Source: Verrucomicrobiota bacterium (lineage in GTDB: Bacteria; Verrucomicrobiota; Verrucomicrobiia; Limisphaerales; UBA8199). From it: a DNA stretch of 64,000 nucleotides. A model generated the notes under the pieces. It had not been told where the DNA came from and made no database searches. It was given only the letters and a program-made list of their open reading frames with translations. Shown here one piece after another: positions 19,360 to 28,746 of this stretch. The translations under genes were made by a program, and so were the position numbers. The stretch is taken from contig JBEKJO010000027.1 of the NCBI GenBank assembly GCA_050011195.1, positions 2,385 through 66,384 of the forward strand, written 5' to 3'. Numbering within the stretch: the stretch's first letter is position 1; every line of letters begins with the position of its first letter.

Positions 19360-22314
19360 ATGATGCCAATGACACGAACATGTGCTGAATGCGGGGCCAC
19401 GCTAGCGGGCGACACCGCGGCTGGCGCTTGCCCGGTTTGCGCCTTGCGGGGCGCGCTGGAACTGTCCGGCGCTACGGCGGAGGTCGTGGTGACTGAGAAA
19501 CCCGGCGACCAAATCGGGCATTATAAGCTGCTCGAAAAGATTGGCGAGGGCGGGTGCGGCATCGTGTACATGGCCGAGCAGATCAAGCCCATTCGCCGGC
19601 GTGTCGCTCTGAAGATCGTCAAGCTGGGCATGGACACCAGGCAGGTCATCGCCCGGTTCGAAGCCGAGCGCCAGGCCCTGGCCCTGATGGACCATCCGAA
19701 CATCGCCAAAGTGCTCGATGCCGGGGCCACCGATACCGGCCGGCCCTACTTCGTCATGGAGTTGGTGCGCGGCATCAAGATTACCGACTACTGCGACCAG
19801 CACCACCTGTCCACCCCTGAGCGGCTGGACCTGTTCATGCAAGTCTGCCATGCCATCCAGCACGCACACCAGAAAGGGATCATCCATCGCGACATCAAAC
19901 CTTCCAACATCCTGGTTACTTTGCTGGACGGCGTGCCCATTCCCAAGGTGATTGATTTCGGCATTGCCAAGGCCACGCAGCAGCCATTGACCGATAAGAC
20001 CCTGTTTACCGGCTTCCACCAGTTCATCGGCACGCCAGCCTACATGAGCCCGGAACAGGCGGAAATGGGCCCGCAGGATATAGACACGCGCAGCGATATT
20101 TACGCCCTGGGCGTGCTGCTCTACGAGCTATTAACGGGGCGCTTGCCATTCGAACAGAAGGAGATGCTTGAGGCTGGCCTGGACGAAATGCGGCGGCTCA
20201 TTCGGGAGAAAGAGCCGCCCAAACCTTCGACCCGCCTGAGTACATTGGCGCACGGCGACCTCACTGCTATTGCCAGAAGCCGCCAGACCGAGCCACCCCG
20301 GTTGCTCCACTTGGTGCGTGGCGACTTGGACTGGATCGTAATGAAATGCCTGGAGAAGGACCGCGCGCGCCGTTACGACACGCCGAACGGGTTGGCGCGG
20401 GACCTGGAGCGGCACTTGAACCATGAGCCGGTGACCGCCGCGGCGCCGAGCCCGTTCTACCGAATGGGCAAATTCGTCCGCCGCCATCGCGTTGGGCTCG
20501 CAACCGCAGCGGCCCTATTGGTTCTGGTGGTCGCTGGGGTGGTGGCAAGCGTGTGGCAGGCGGTGCGCGCGACCAAGGCCGAGGGGCAGGCGCGAACGGT
20601 GGCTACGTTCTTGAAAAACATGCTGAACGGCGTGCGCCCATCCCGAGCGTTGGGACGGGACACGAAAATGCTCCGGGAAATTTTGGATAGAACCGCCGGC
20701 AGCCTTGGAAAAGACCTCCGGAATCAACCGGCGGTGGAGGCCGAGCTCCGCAGCACGGTCGGCGGAGTTTACCTGGACCTCGGCGAATATGAAAAGGCCG
20801 AGACCATGCACCGCGCGGCGCTGGCGTTGCGAAAGGAAGTTTTTGGTTACGAGCACCCGGACGTCGCCGAATCGCTCGACGAGCTTGGCAACGCCCTTTA
20901 CCGGCAAAGCAAGCTGACCGAAGCCGAAACCACGCATCGCGAGGCCCTGGCGCTGCGGAGAAAACTGCTTGGCAGCCGTCATCCCAAAGTGGCTGCCTCG
21001 CTCAACAATCTGGCCAACACACTCCGGGAGCAGGGCAGGCTGGCGGAGGCTGAAGCCATGTTCCGCGAGGCGCTGGTGTTGCGGAGAGAATTGCTGGGCA
21101 GTAACCACGCGGAAACCGCCGAGACGGTGGACAACCTGGGCGCAATCCTCTCGCTCCAGGACAAGTTTCAAGAGGCCGAGACGATGCAGCGCGAGGCGCT
21201 GGCGTTGGACAAACGGCTGCTCGGCAACGACCATCCCGACGTGGCCCTCTCGCTCAACAACCTGGCCGATACGCTCACGGCCGAAGGCAAGCTGGACGAG
21301 GCTGAGGCCAGGTCCCGCGAGGCGCTGGCGTTGCGACGGAAAGTGCTCGGCGCGGAACATCCCGACGTGGCTTTCTCGCTCTTCAATCTGGCCAATGTGC
21401 TCTTGCGGCAGGACAAGCTGGCGGATGCCGAGGCCGCCCATCGCGAGGCGCTGGCCATGCGGCGGAAATTGCTCGGCAACGACCATCTCGCCGTGGCTGG
21501 ATCGCTCAATAACGTGGCTGCAGTGCTGATCGCCGAAGATAAGCTGGCCGAGGCGGAAACCGCGCAGCGCGAGGCCCTGGCGATCCAACGCAAAGCTTTG
21601 GGCGGCGAGCATCAAGATATTGCCGGCTCGCTCGCCAATTTGGCTTACCTGCTCCAGCGCCGAGGCCAGTTGGCCGAGGCCGAGGCGACGCAGCGCGAGG
21701 CGCTGGCCATGCGGCGGAAGCTGCTGGGCAATGAGCATTCCGATGTGGCCGCCTCGCTTGCCGGCCTGGCCGACGTGCTCTACGACCAACACAAGCTGGC
21801 GGAGGCCGAAGCCTTGCAGCGGGAAGAGTTGGCGATGCGGCGAGAGTGGCTGTCAAAAACGTCTCCGCACCTGCCCGCCCTGGTCAACAACCTCGTTGAT
21901 GCCTTTTTCCGCTTGACGCGCACCGTCCTGGCGGCGGAAGAGTTTGCCGAGGCCGAGCGGCTGGCGCGCGAGTGGCTGGCCCTTGGCGAAAAGGAATTGC
22001 CCGACGACTGGCAGACGTTCAATGCCCGCAGCATGCTGGGCAGCGGCCTGCTGGGGCAGAGGAAGTTCACCGAAGCCGAGCCGCCCCTGGTCTTCGGCTA
22101 TGACGGAATGAACCGGCGGCAGGAAAAGGTCCCGCCTGAATACAAATTCCGCCTGCGGGAGAGTCTAGAGTGTTTGGTGCGCCTCTACCAGGCCACGGGC
22201 CGGCCTGACCAAGCTGCCGAATGGAAGAAGAAGCTCGCAAATTACAGCGCGTCTGAGCCCGACCAGAAGGCCAACGCCCCCAAACCGCAGCCGCCCTTGC
22301 CCGGCAGCCCTTAA
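19360..22314 (+). CDS. Ser/Thr protein kinase with a TM segment and a long TPR (TPR_10/12-like) array
   Basis: It has an N-terminal CxxC..CxxC and the kinase motifs [20 protein letters not shown] and SPEQ. A TM helix is followed by about ten repeats of the form AE...REALA.RRKLLG..HPDVA.SLNNLA. Confidence 0.9.
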   Translation: MMPMTRTCAECGATLAGDTAAGACPVCALRGALELSGATAEVVVTEKPGDQIGHYKLLEKIGEGGCGIVYMAEQIKPIRRRVALKIVKLGMDTRQVIARFEAERQALALMDHPNIAKVLDAGATDTGRPYFVMELVRGIKITDYCDQHHLSTPERLDLFMQVCHAIQHAHQKGIIHRDIKPSNILVTLLDGVPIPKVIDFGIAKATQQPLTDKTLFTGFHQFIGTPAYMSPEQAEMGPQDIDTRSDIYALGVLLYELLTGRLPFEQKEMLEAGLDEMRRLIREKEPPKPSTRLSTLAHGDLTAIARSRQTEPPRLLHLVRGDLDWIVMKCLEKDRARRYDTPNGLARDLERHLNHEPVTAAAPSPFYRMGKFVRRHRVGLATAAALLVLVVAGVVASVWQAVRATKAEGQARTVATFLKNMLNGVRPSRALGRDTKMLREILDRTAGSLGKDLRNQPAVEAELRSTVGGVYLDLGEYEKAETMHRAALALRKEVFGYEHPDVAESLDELGNALYRQSKLTEAETTHREALALRRKLLGSRHPKVAASLNNLANTLREQGRLAEAEAMFREALVLRRELLGSNHAETAETVDNLGAILSLQDKFQEAETMQREALALDKRLLGNDHPDVALSLNNLADTLTAEGKLDEAEARSREALALRRKVLGAEHPDVAFSLFNLANVLLRQDKLADAEAAHREALAMRRKLLGNDHLAVAGSLNNVAAVLIAEDKLAEAETAQREALAIQRKALGGEHQDIAGSLANLAYLLQRRGQLAEAEATQREALAMRRKLLGNEHSDVAASLAGLADVLYDQHKLAEAEALQREELAMRREWLSKTSPHLPALVNNLVDAFFRLTRTVLAAEEFAEAERLAREWLALGEKELPDDWQTFNARSMLGSGLLGQRKFTEAEPPLVFGYDGMNRRQEKVPPEYKFRLRESLECLVRLYQATGRPDQAAEWKKKLANYSASEPDQKANAPKPQPPLPGSP

Positions 22315-22412
22315 CGCCTTCTCCTGAAACCCCGGCCAGTATTGGAGTGTGGGGCGGGGGAGCGTAACGCGCTTTCTTGTCCCGCGACGCTCACCGCCTC
22401 CGCCCGGAAAAC

Positions 22413-23552
22413 CTACGGTCCGGCAGAGGCCCGGCCCCGATAGAAGCCCTGCCGATTGGTCGCTGCGCTGGAATCGCTGACGGTCCAGGCGAAGTTCGTG
22501 GCGTAGGTGCTGGCAAACGGCTGCCAATTCTGGAGGTCATCACTGGTGTCAAGGAACTGGACCAGACCCGGCTCGGTCTCTACGGTCACGGAAACAGCGG
22601 CACTATTGTTGGCCTTGCTTAACTGGAGCGCAGGCTGGGGCAGCGTCGGCGGCGTTGCTCCCGCCACGACCCGGATATGGTCGAAGGCCATGAAATTGTT
22701 TCCGGGATCGTCCGCGTTGGACAGGAGCCACGCGGCATAGAGGTACCCCAAAATGAACCTCTGGTTGGCGGGAGCTATCGGTATTGGGCCGGGGGTGATA
22801 CTCGTGCCATTCAGGGATGCGCTCCACAGATTGTTCGTAAAATCCATGTCAACCTCCAACCGGTGAAGGAATGAATTGGTAAATTGTGTGCCGAGGGAGT
22901 AACGGTAATCGCTTCCATTGGTCTCGTAGTAAACCCTGTTGTCGGTGTGGTCGAAAGTCAACGTAAACAGCAAAACATACGGCGAGGGGGTAGAGAAGAA
23001 CCAACTGAAGTCATCGTTTGTGCCCTCGGTGGAAGGCTCAATGCGAAACAACACAGAAAAGGAAACGCAGGGGGTCTGTTGGGAAGCGGGATCAAAGGCG
23101 GTCGGATACGTTACCGGATGTCGTTCGAGCAGCGTGTCATTGCCGGGGCTGAGCGCCGTCAAACCCACGTACGCCTGCAACCCAAGTCCGGGCCAGAGGG
23201 GTTCCACCAGGCAGCCCTTGGTTGGATCATTAGACAACCACAGGTTTTGTCCAGCCAAAGGCAACCCCTGAGTGTAGCCCTCGCTCGGTTCAAAATCTAT
23301 CGCCAGGATGTTCGTGAACGTGGCCGCGCCAGCATTCGACCAGACGGCGCCCGGGCAAATGAGGCAGCAGAACAGAGGGATCAGCGAGCTGTTCGTGGAC
23401 CAGCGAACTCGAATCCAATGGCCGCACCCGGACCAAAATGGCTTCGGCTTGCCATTTTGGCATCCCGCTGCCCGGCAGTTTTGTAGTGCAGGAGGTTTCA
23501 CCGGGGGGCCACAGTGAGCTTTGCTTCCCGCGCCGTCAAGCTCATATACCAT
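22413..23552 (-). CDS. Secreted hypothetical protein (jelly-roll/LamG-like) with a C-terminal FYR-ending domain
   Basis: A signal-like segment SLIPLFCCLICPGAVWSNA lies about 45 aa after the only ATG, so the true start is uncertain. The C-terminus is ..NRQGFYRGRASAGP. Confidence 0.6.
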   Translation of the reverse strand: MVYELDGAGSKAHCGPPVKPPALQNCRAAGCQNGKPKPFWSGCGHWIRVRWSTNSSLIPLFCCLICPGAVWSNAGAATFTNILAIDFEPSEGYTQGLPLAGQNLWLSNDPTKGCLVEPLWPGLGLQAYVGLTALSPGNDTLLERHPVTYPTAFDPASQQTPCVSFSVLFRIEPSTEGTNDDFSWFFSTPSPYVLLFTLTFDHTDNRVYYETNGSDYRYSLGTQFTNSFLHRLEVDMDFTNNLWSASLNGTSITPGPIPIAPANQRFILGYLYAAWLLSNADDPGNNFMAFDHIRVVAGATPPTLPQPALQLSKANNSAAVSVTVETEPGLVQFLDTSDDLQNWQPFASTYATNFAWTVSDSSAATNRQGFYRGRASAGP

Positions 23553-23577
23553 AAAAATGAGCCTTCAGGATCAAACT

Positions 23578-23613
23578 TCCTGCAACCTTTCCCCCCGTTT
23601 CCCTCTGTATCCA
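23578..23613 (+). promoter_or_regulatory. Conserved 34-nt motif (candidate ECF-type promoter), copy 1
   Basis: The motif tccTGCAACCTTTCcCCccGTTTcCCTCTGTAT lies 47 nt upstream of the lipoprotein ATG. A near-identical copy is at 24898. Confidence 0.3.
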
Positions 23614-23656
23614 GTGAAGTCCGAAACAACAACAACAAAAAGAAAGATAAACACAA

Positions 23657-24280
23657 ATGAAACTGACAACTAAGCACCTGACCGCTCTCCTCGCGGCAAT
23701 GACGGTGGTCGCCACCGGCTGCACCGCCACACTCAACCACGGCAAATTCAGCGACATCGCCTGTCCGCCCAAAGGGCCGGTCGGCGTCTCGGCCCGCGCC
23801 GAAAAGATGCCCCATCGAATCGGGTGGGGGACCTTCACGGTCTTCGCCATCCCGGTTGCGCCGGTGACCGTCAACGGCGAGCCTGACAAGGAACTGATGA
23901 ACCAGTTCAAGGCCGCCGTCGAGCACTGCGGCTACCAGGCGAAGCTGGTCCAGGACCCGGGCGACGCCGCCGGTCTGCCCGTCCTCTCCTGCTCAGTCAA
24001 GAAGTTCAAATTCCGCAACTATACTTGGTTGTTCCCCCTGGTCTTCAACTGGGGGACCGTGACGGTCGAGGTGTCTGTCAAAGGCCCGGACGGCACTGCC
24101 CTCTGGTCCAAATCCTACAACGGCAAGGCCAGCGGCCTCTACAGCTTTAACTCGACGGTCAACAAAGCCTTGACCGTCATGCTCAACGAGATGATTGCCG
24201 ACCTGGCCCGCACTGACTTCAAGGCGGCCACCGGGGCCAAAGCGCCGCCGGCAGCAAACGTCCCCCGGCCCGGAATTTAG
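23657..24280 (+). CDS. Lipoprotein, function unknown
   Basis: The signal peptide has a lipobox: MKLTTKHLTALLAAMTVVATGC. Confidence 0.7.
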   Translation: MKLTTKHLTALLAAMTVVATGCTATLNHGKFSDIACPPKGPVGVSARAEKMPHRIGWGTFTVFAIPVAPVTVNGEPDKELMNQFKAAVEHCGYQAKLVQDPGDAAGLPVLSCSVKKFKFRNYTWLFPLVFNWGTVTVEVSVKGPDGTALWSKSYNGKASGLYSFNSTVNKALTVMLNEMIADLARTDFKAATGAKAPPAANVPRPGI

Positions 24281-24384
24281 CCTTTCCACCCGGCTTGGCA
24301 ATGACCTCCCGGATTCGCAGGTGTTGCGGCGAGGCAATGGCCGAAGCAGGCAATGCTCAGCCCCTGAACCGTCCGAATGGCCGC

Positions 24385-24516
24385 GAGGTTCTGGAGTGCG
24401 GTGGCTGGCGGGGAACGGGGCTGACACCGCTCTGGACGGCCTGCGGAGGGTCGAAGCGAAAGCGGTGTGTGCCCTCACCCCTCACCCACCGCACTCCAAA
24501 ACGCTGGCGTGCGGGC
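24385..24516. repeat. Palindromic dispersed element, family B
   Basis: The arms are ttctggagtgcgg and ccgcactccaaaacgctggcg. Confidence 0.7.
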
Positions 24517-24837
24517 CGGGCCTGGCGCTGGCTTCAATCCTTCAGTGATAAACCGGAGCCAATAAATTGCCATGATTGGGAGAATCAGAACAACTTGTAC
24601 TTGGTGGCGGCACAGAAATAGGCTTGCCATTCGGACCAGATTGCCTTCTACTGAACGCGTTATTTGGCTGGGCCGGCGCTCGGGCTGGGCGTTCCGGCAC
24701 CGGGCAGGAGATTTGTTCAATCGGTGTTCGAGAAGGAATGGGGATGGGCAGCGGCACAAGCGCAGTGGCGGGGACAAGGTCTGGGGCAAGTTCCGGGCAG
24801 GGGAGGGCTGTTGTCTCCGTTTCCTCTGTTCCTTCCT

Positions 24838-24890
24838 GCCCCACCACTCCACCACTCCACCACTCCACCACTCCATTACTCCATTCCCCA
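24838..24890. repeat. Octamer tandem array (reverse orientation)
   Basis: The sequence is ccaccact x4 followed by ccattact and ccattccc. Confidence 0.75.
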
Positions 24891-24897
24891 GAAGATT

Positions 24898-24933
24898 CCC
24901 TGCAACCTTTCGCCGGCTTTTCCTCTGTATGGG
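24898..24933 (+). promoter_or_regulatory. Conserved 34-nt motif (candidate ECF-type promoter), copy 2
   Basis: The motif cccTGCAACCTTTCgCCggCTTTtCCTCTGTAT lies upstream of the large secreted-protein gene. Confidence 0.3.
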
Positions 24934-25187
24934 GTGGAGGCCGGTGGCCTCCCCGCGAAAGCGGCGCAGCGGAAAGCAGTGAATATGCATAAAGATCGGA
25001 AGCTCTCTCTATGAGACCAGGCAGGAAGAAACAGTAAAACCAATTTTGCGCAGCTTCGGCTGCCGGGCTTCTGCACGGGGACCCCGTTCAATTGAAAGGG
25101 GACCGTGTGAAGGGCGCGACGGGGTCGTGCCCCTGGGATTTCCCGGCCGCCGAACACGCGCGCAAGGCAAAAGAAAGGCAACGAACT

Positions 25188-27906
25188 ATGAGAATTGAAA
25201 GAAGTACAAGAATCGGAACAGAAAACACCAACAAAAACCAGAGCGCCAGCCCACCGGCCCACCGGGGGCGCACTAAAACCGCCTTACGGGCGGCAATGTG
25301 CCTGCTGGCGTGGCTTGGCGTCACCGGTGTTGGTTTTGCCCAAACCGTCGTCTGGTCGGAGAACTTTGACGACGGCAACGGAAACAACCGTTGGTATGCC
25401 GATGCTGGCATCTGGCAAATCGGCTCGCCAACCTTCGGTCCAGCTGCGAATTCCGCCGGGTGTCGTGCTCATTCGTGCCCAGATTGCGCGACGACTGGAC
25501 TGACCGCCAATTATACTGGTGGTGCAAACTCAAGGCTGATTCGTATCCAGTCCTTTGCAGTTCCAGCAACCAACCAGTTTCCGCGTCTGCGTTTTTGGCA
25601 TTGGTACAGCTTTGCTTGTGCCAATTGCTACGATACAAGCGGTTGCGATTATGGGGTCGTGGAGGTGAAAGGCACTAATGGAACATGGCAGGCCGTGTCT
25701 CCGGGATACTACGGCACTGGCGGCGATTGGACCTATGCCTCGGTGGATTTGAGCGGCTATGCCGGCCAGACGGTGCAAGTGGCTTTCCACATAGTCTATA
25801 ACCAGACTGGCGGCTGCGAAAACACGGCGCCGGGATGGTATGTGGATGATATTGCGTTCGAGACAGGGACGCCCGTGTTTAACAATCCGGAAGGCTTTGA
25901 GGACGGAATTGGAGATTGGTATGCCGAAACCGGAACTTGGCAGGTGGGCGTGCCGACCAGTGGGCCGGGGGCGGCGCACAGTGGAACGAACTGTGCCGCT
26001 ACCATCTTGAATGGCAATTACGCGGATGCGAATGGGTGGGCCGGTTCGCGACTGATTTCCGCGGCGTTCAGTGTTCCAGCAACACTGCTACGATTCAAGC
26101 GGTTGCGATTATGGGGTCGTGGAGGTTAAAGGCACTAATGGTATATGGCAGGCCGTGTCTCCGGGATATTATGGCACTGGGGGTGGTTGGACCTACGCGT
26201 CGGTGGATTTGAGCGCCTACGCCGGCCAGACGGTGCAGTTAGCGTTCCACCTCGTCTACGGGCAGAGTGGCTGCGAAAACACGGCGCCGGGATGGTATGT
26301 GGATGATATAGCACTAATTACCGGCACACCGGTGTTCAACAACCCGGAAAGCTTTGAGAACGGAATTGGGGACTGGTATGCGGAGACGGGAACCTGGCAG
26401 GTGGGCGTGCCGACCAGCGGGCCGGGGGCGGCGACCATCTTAAATGGCAATTACCCAGGTGGGGCCAATTCGCGTCTAGTGTCACCGAAATTAATCCTCC
26501 CCCCTGCCTTTAGTAGTCCAGCATTGCGTTTCTGGGAATGGTACAGCTTTGCTTGTGCCAACTGCTACGATACAAGCGGTTGCGATTATGGGGTCGTGGA
26601 GATTAAAGCAGGTACAAACTCGTGGACCGGACTCTATACAAATAGCGGAAGTGGTGGCGTATGGTCGTATCCCTATATACCTCTTACCGCCTATGGTGGC
26701 CAGACAGTACAGTTTGCTTTCCATATAGTCTATAACCAGACTGGCGGCTGCGAAAACACGGCCCCGGGCTGGTATGTAGATGACGTGTTCATTCAAAGCT
26801 TTAACCAGCCCTTTATCCTTACTTCACCTGCCAGCCAAACGAATTCTGTCGGGTCAAGTGCGACATTAAATGTCAGCGCCAGCGGTGATCTGCCTTTGGG
26901 TTATCAGTGGCGGTTTAACTCCAACTCCATAGCGGGCGCCACCAACACAACGTTAACGTTGACTAACGTGCAGCTTTCACAGGCGGGTTATTACGATGTG
27001 GTGGTGACGAACGATGCTGGTTCCGTCACGAGCACACCTGCCCTGCTTACCGTGATCATGGCTCTTACAGGGACCAATATAAACGATCCCGGAGAATACG
27101 GAAGCTTGACGAACTCCAGTGGCGTTTATACCGTGAGTGGTGCGGGAGAAGGCACAGATGGCACGGCGGATATTTTCTACTTCGCTTATCAGATACTGGC
27201 AGGAGATGCCCAAATCATCGCCCGGTTGACAGGTATGCGGGGCGGCGATTCGCAATTGGCCGAGGCCGGCATCATGATTCGCGAAACTCTTGATCCGGGA
27301 GCTAAACAGGTTTCATTCTCGGTGAACGAGAGCACCAACGCGATTTTCCGGCGGCGGCTGACTAATGATGACTTCACCATACAGAACAGCCTTCGAGGGA
27401 CAAATTACCTTCAGGGGCCAAACTACATCTGGCTTCGATTAATGCGCATGGGGAACACGTTTGTGGCGCATTACTCAACCAACGGTCTGAACTGGCAATA
27501 CATGTGGTTCACGACTGTGACCATGTCCAACCAGGTGCAGGTTGGGCTGGCAGTCACCGCTCATCACTACGGCGAAACTAACACTGCCAGCTTCGACAAC
27601 GTGAGCCTGGGAAGCTTGACTACGCTTTCCGGCACATGGCCGTTGCCTGGACCGCAGATTCTGCTCGGCGGAGATGGAGCCACAGCAGCCGCGTTCCAGA
27701 GCGTCGGAGGCTTCAAGTTCCTTGTCGGCGGCGTGGTGGGGGACTATTACAGTATTAAGTGCTCCACTAATGTGGCGGCGAGCCTCGCTTCGTGGCCGTT
27801 ACTTGGCACGGTGACGAATACTTATGGCGTGGTGCCTTTCGTCGATACGCAGGCACTGACCAACAAACGCATGTTCTATCGCGCGCAAAAGCTCGGCGGG
27901 CCGTAG
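25188..27906 (+). pseudogene. Large secreted protein interrupted by a frameshift near 26084: three MAM/choice-of-anchor-like modules, an Ig-like domain, a LamG/DUF1349-like domain and an FYR-ending C-terminal domain
   Basis: ORFs 25092-26129 and 26071-27906 are a single gene. Module 2 lacks 55 nt present in module 1 (caaccagtttccgcg...gtgccaat) and has 2 nt in their place, so 53 nt net is lost and the frame shifts. Confidence 0.65.
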
Positions 27907-27947
27907 CAGCGTCCTTTTTACGCCATTCCTTCGCGGTGAGGGGCATC

Positions 27948-27972
27948 GGGCCTGGAAAGCAGTTCCAGGCCC
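27948..27972 (+). terminator. Stem-loop downstream of the large secreted-protein gene
   Basis: gggcctggaa agcag ttccaggccc forms a perfect 10-bp stem. The downstream sequence is only weakly T-rich. Confidence 0.4.
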
Positions 27973-28004
27973 GACTGGTGTTGTGTGGACATGCAGCCGC
28001 GCTA

Positions 28005-28095
28005 TTCCATAGCGTGTAGACGCCGACGGCAGTCGGCGCTGATTTTCAGTCCCGCAAGATGGCGCCGACTGCCGTCGGCGGCTACACCCTGTAGG
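28005..28095. repeat. Palindromic dispersed element, family C
   Basis: The arms are gtagacgccgacggcagtcggcgc and gcgccgactgccgtcggcggctac. A second copy lies at 63931 to the window end. Confidence 0.8.
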
Positions 28096-28191
28096 TAGTT
28101 TGTGCGAGGTATGAGAATTCCGGGTTAGCAGATTGGGGAGGGGTGGCTGGGCTGCGGTTTATGGTGGCGAACTGGCCCAGGAGGCAGCGGT

Positions 28192-28520
28192 TAATACCAC
28201 TTCCAGCTCGAAGATGCACTATTTCCTGTAAGGCAAGCAGGTACAGTAGTTTGCGCGATATTTGGACAGACCTTGGGGGCTACCGCCGGCACGAAGACTA
28301 CTGCGGGCGGGGGAATAGCAGGTATTGGGAGGATCATCGGAGGGGCATCATGCCGACACCAGTGTTCCTGCCGCAAAACCTTGCCTTCGCGCCCCCCGGA
28401 CGTAAGGGCGCAGGGGCGTCTTCTGCCGCTGCGCCGGTAGTCGTGTCGGGTTCGACGCTACCAGCAACGCTTCTGAGTGGCGCTCGCCGGAGCCGTGGTC
28501 TGGGCATTCCACGAGGCTGG
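28192..28520 (+). repeat. Family E element, copy 1 (~330 nt; candidate structured ncRNA or MITE)
   Basis: It aligns end to end with 50646-50973 in the same orientation. The centre has indels that break any common frame, and two hairpins show compensatory substitutions. Confidence 0.7.
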
Positions 28521-28560
28521 GGGGTACTTATACTATTTCCATCACACTGTCAAGTAGAGA

Positions 28561-28700
28561 GTTATACCACTTTGCAATGGAACTCGGTAGGAATGAGTGG
28601 AAGCCCCCCGCCCCTGAACCCCCAGGCAAAGACGGACCCCTCTCCTCAGCCCTCTCCCCTTGAGAAGGGGAGAGGGTGGTCGCAGGCCGGGGGAGGGGAA
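28561..28700. repeat. Family F element (28561-28642) abutting a family D hairpin element (28636-28700)
   Basis: F (ataccactttgcaatggaactcggtaggaatgagtggaagc...caggcaaagacggacccctc) recurs inverted at 50143-50224. The D hairpin is ccctctcccc ttgagaa ggggagaggg. Confidence 0.75.
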
Positions 28701-28746
28701 CATACCGATTGTTTCAGTGAAATGGTATGAGTGGGTCAAGATTTAG

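Noticed and set aside
26071-27906. ORF 26071-27906 considered as an independent gene with its own start
   Set aside because: Its first residues continue module 2 of the upstream ORF after a 53-nt net deletion. The supposed start is a frame artefact.
28440-28470. The gggttcgac segment in family E considered as a tRNA/tmRNA-like T-arm
   Set aside because: I could not assemble an acceptor stem, CCA end or tag reading frame. The element is also present twice, which argues against tmRNA.
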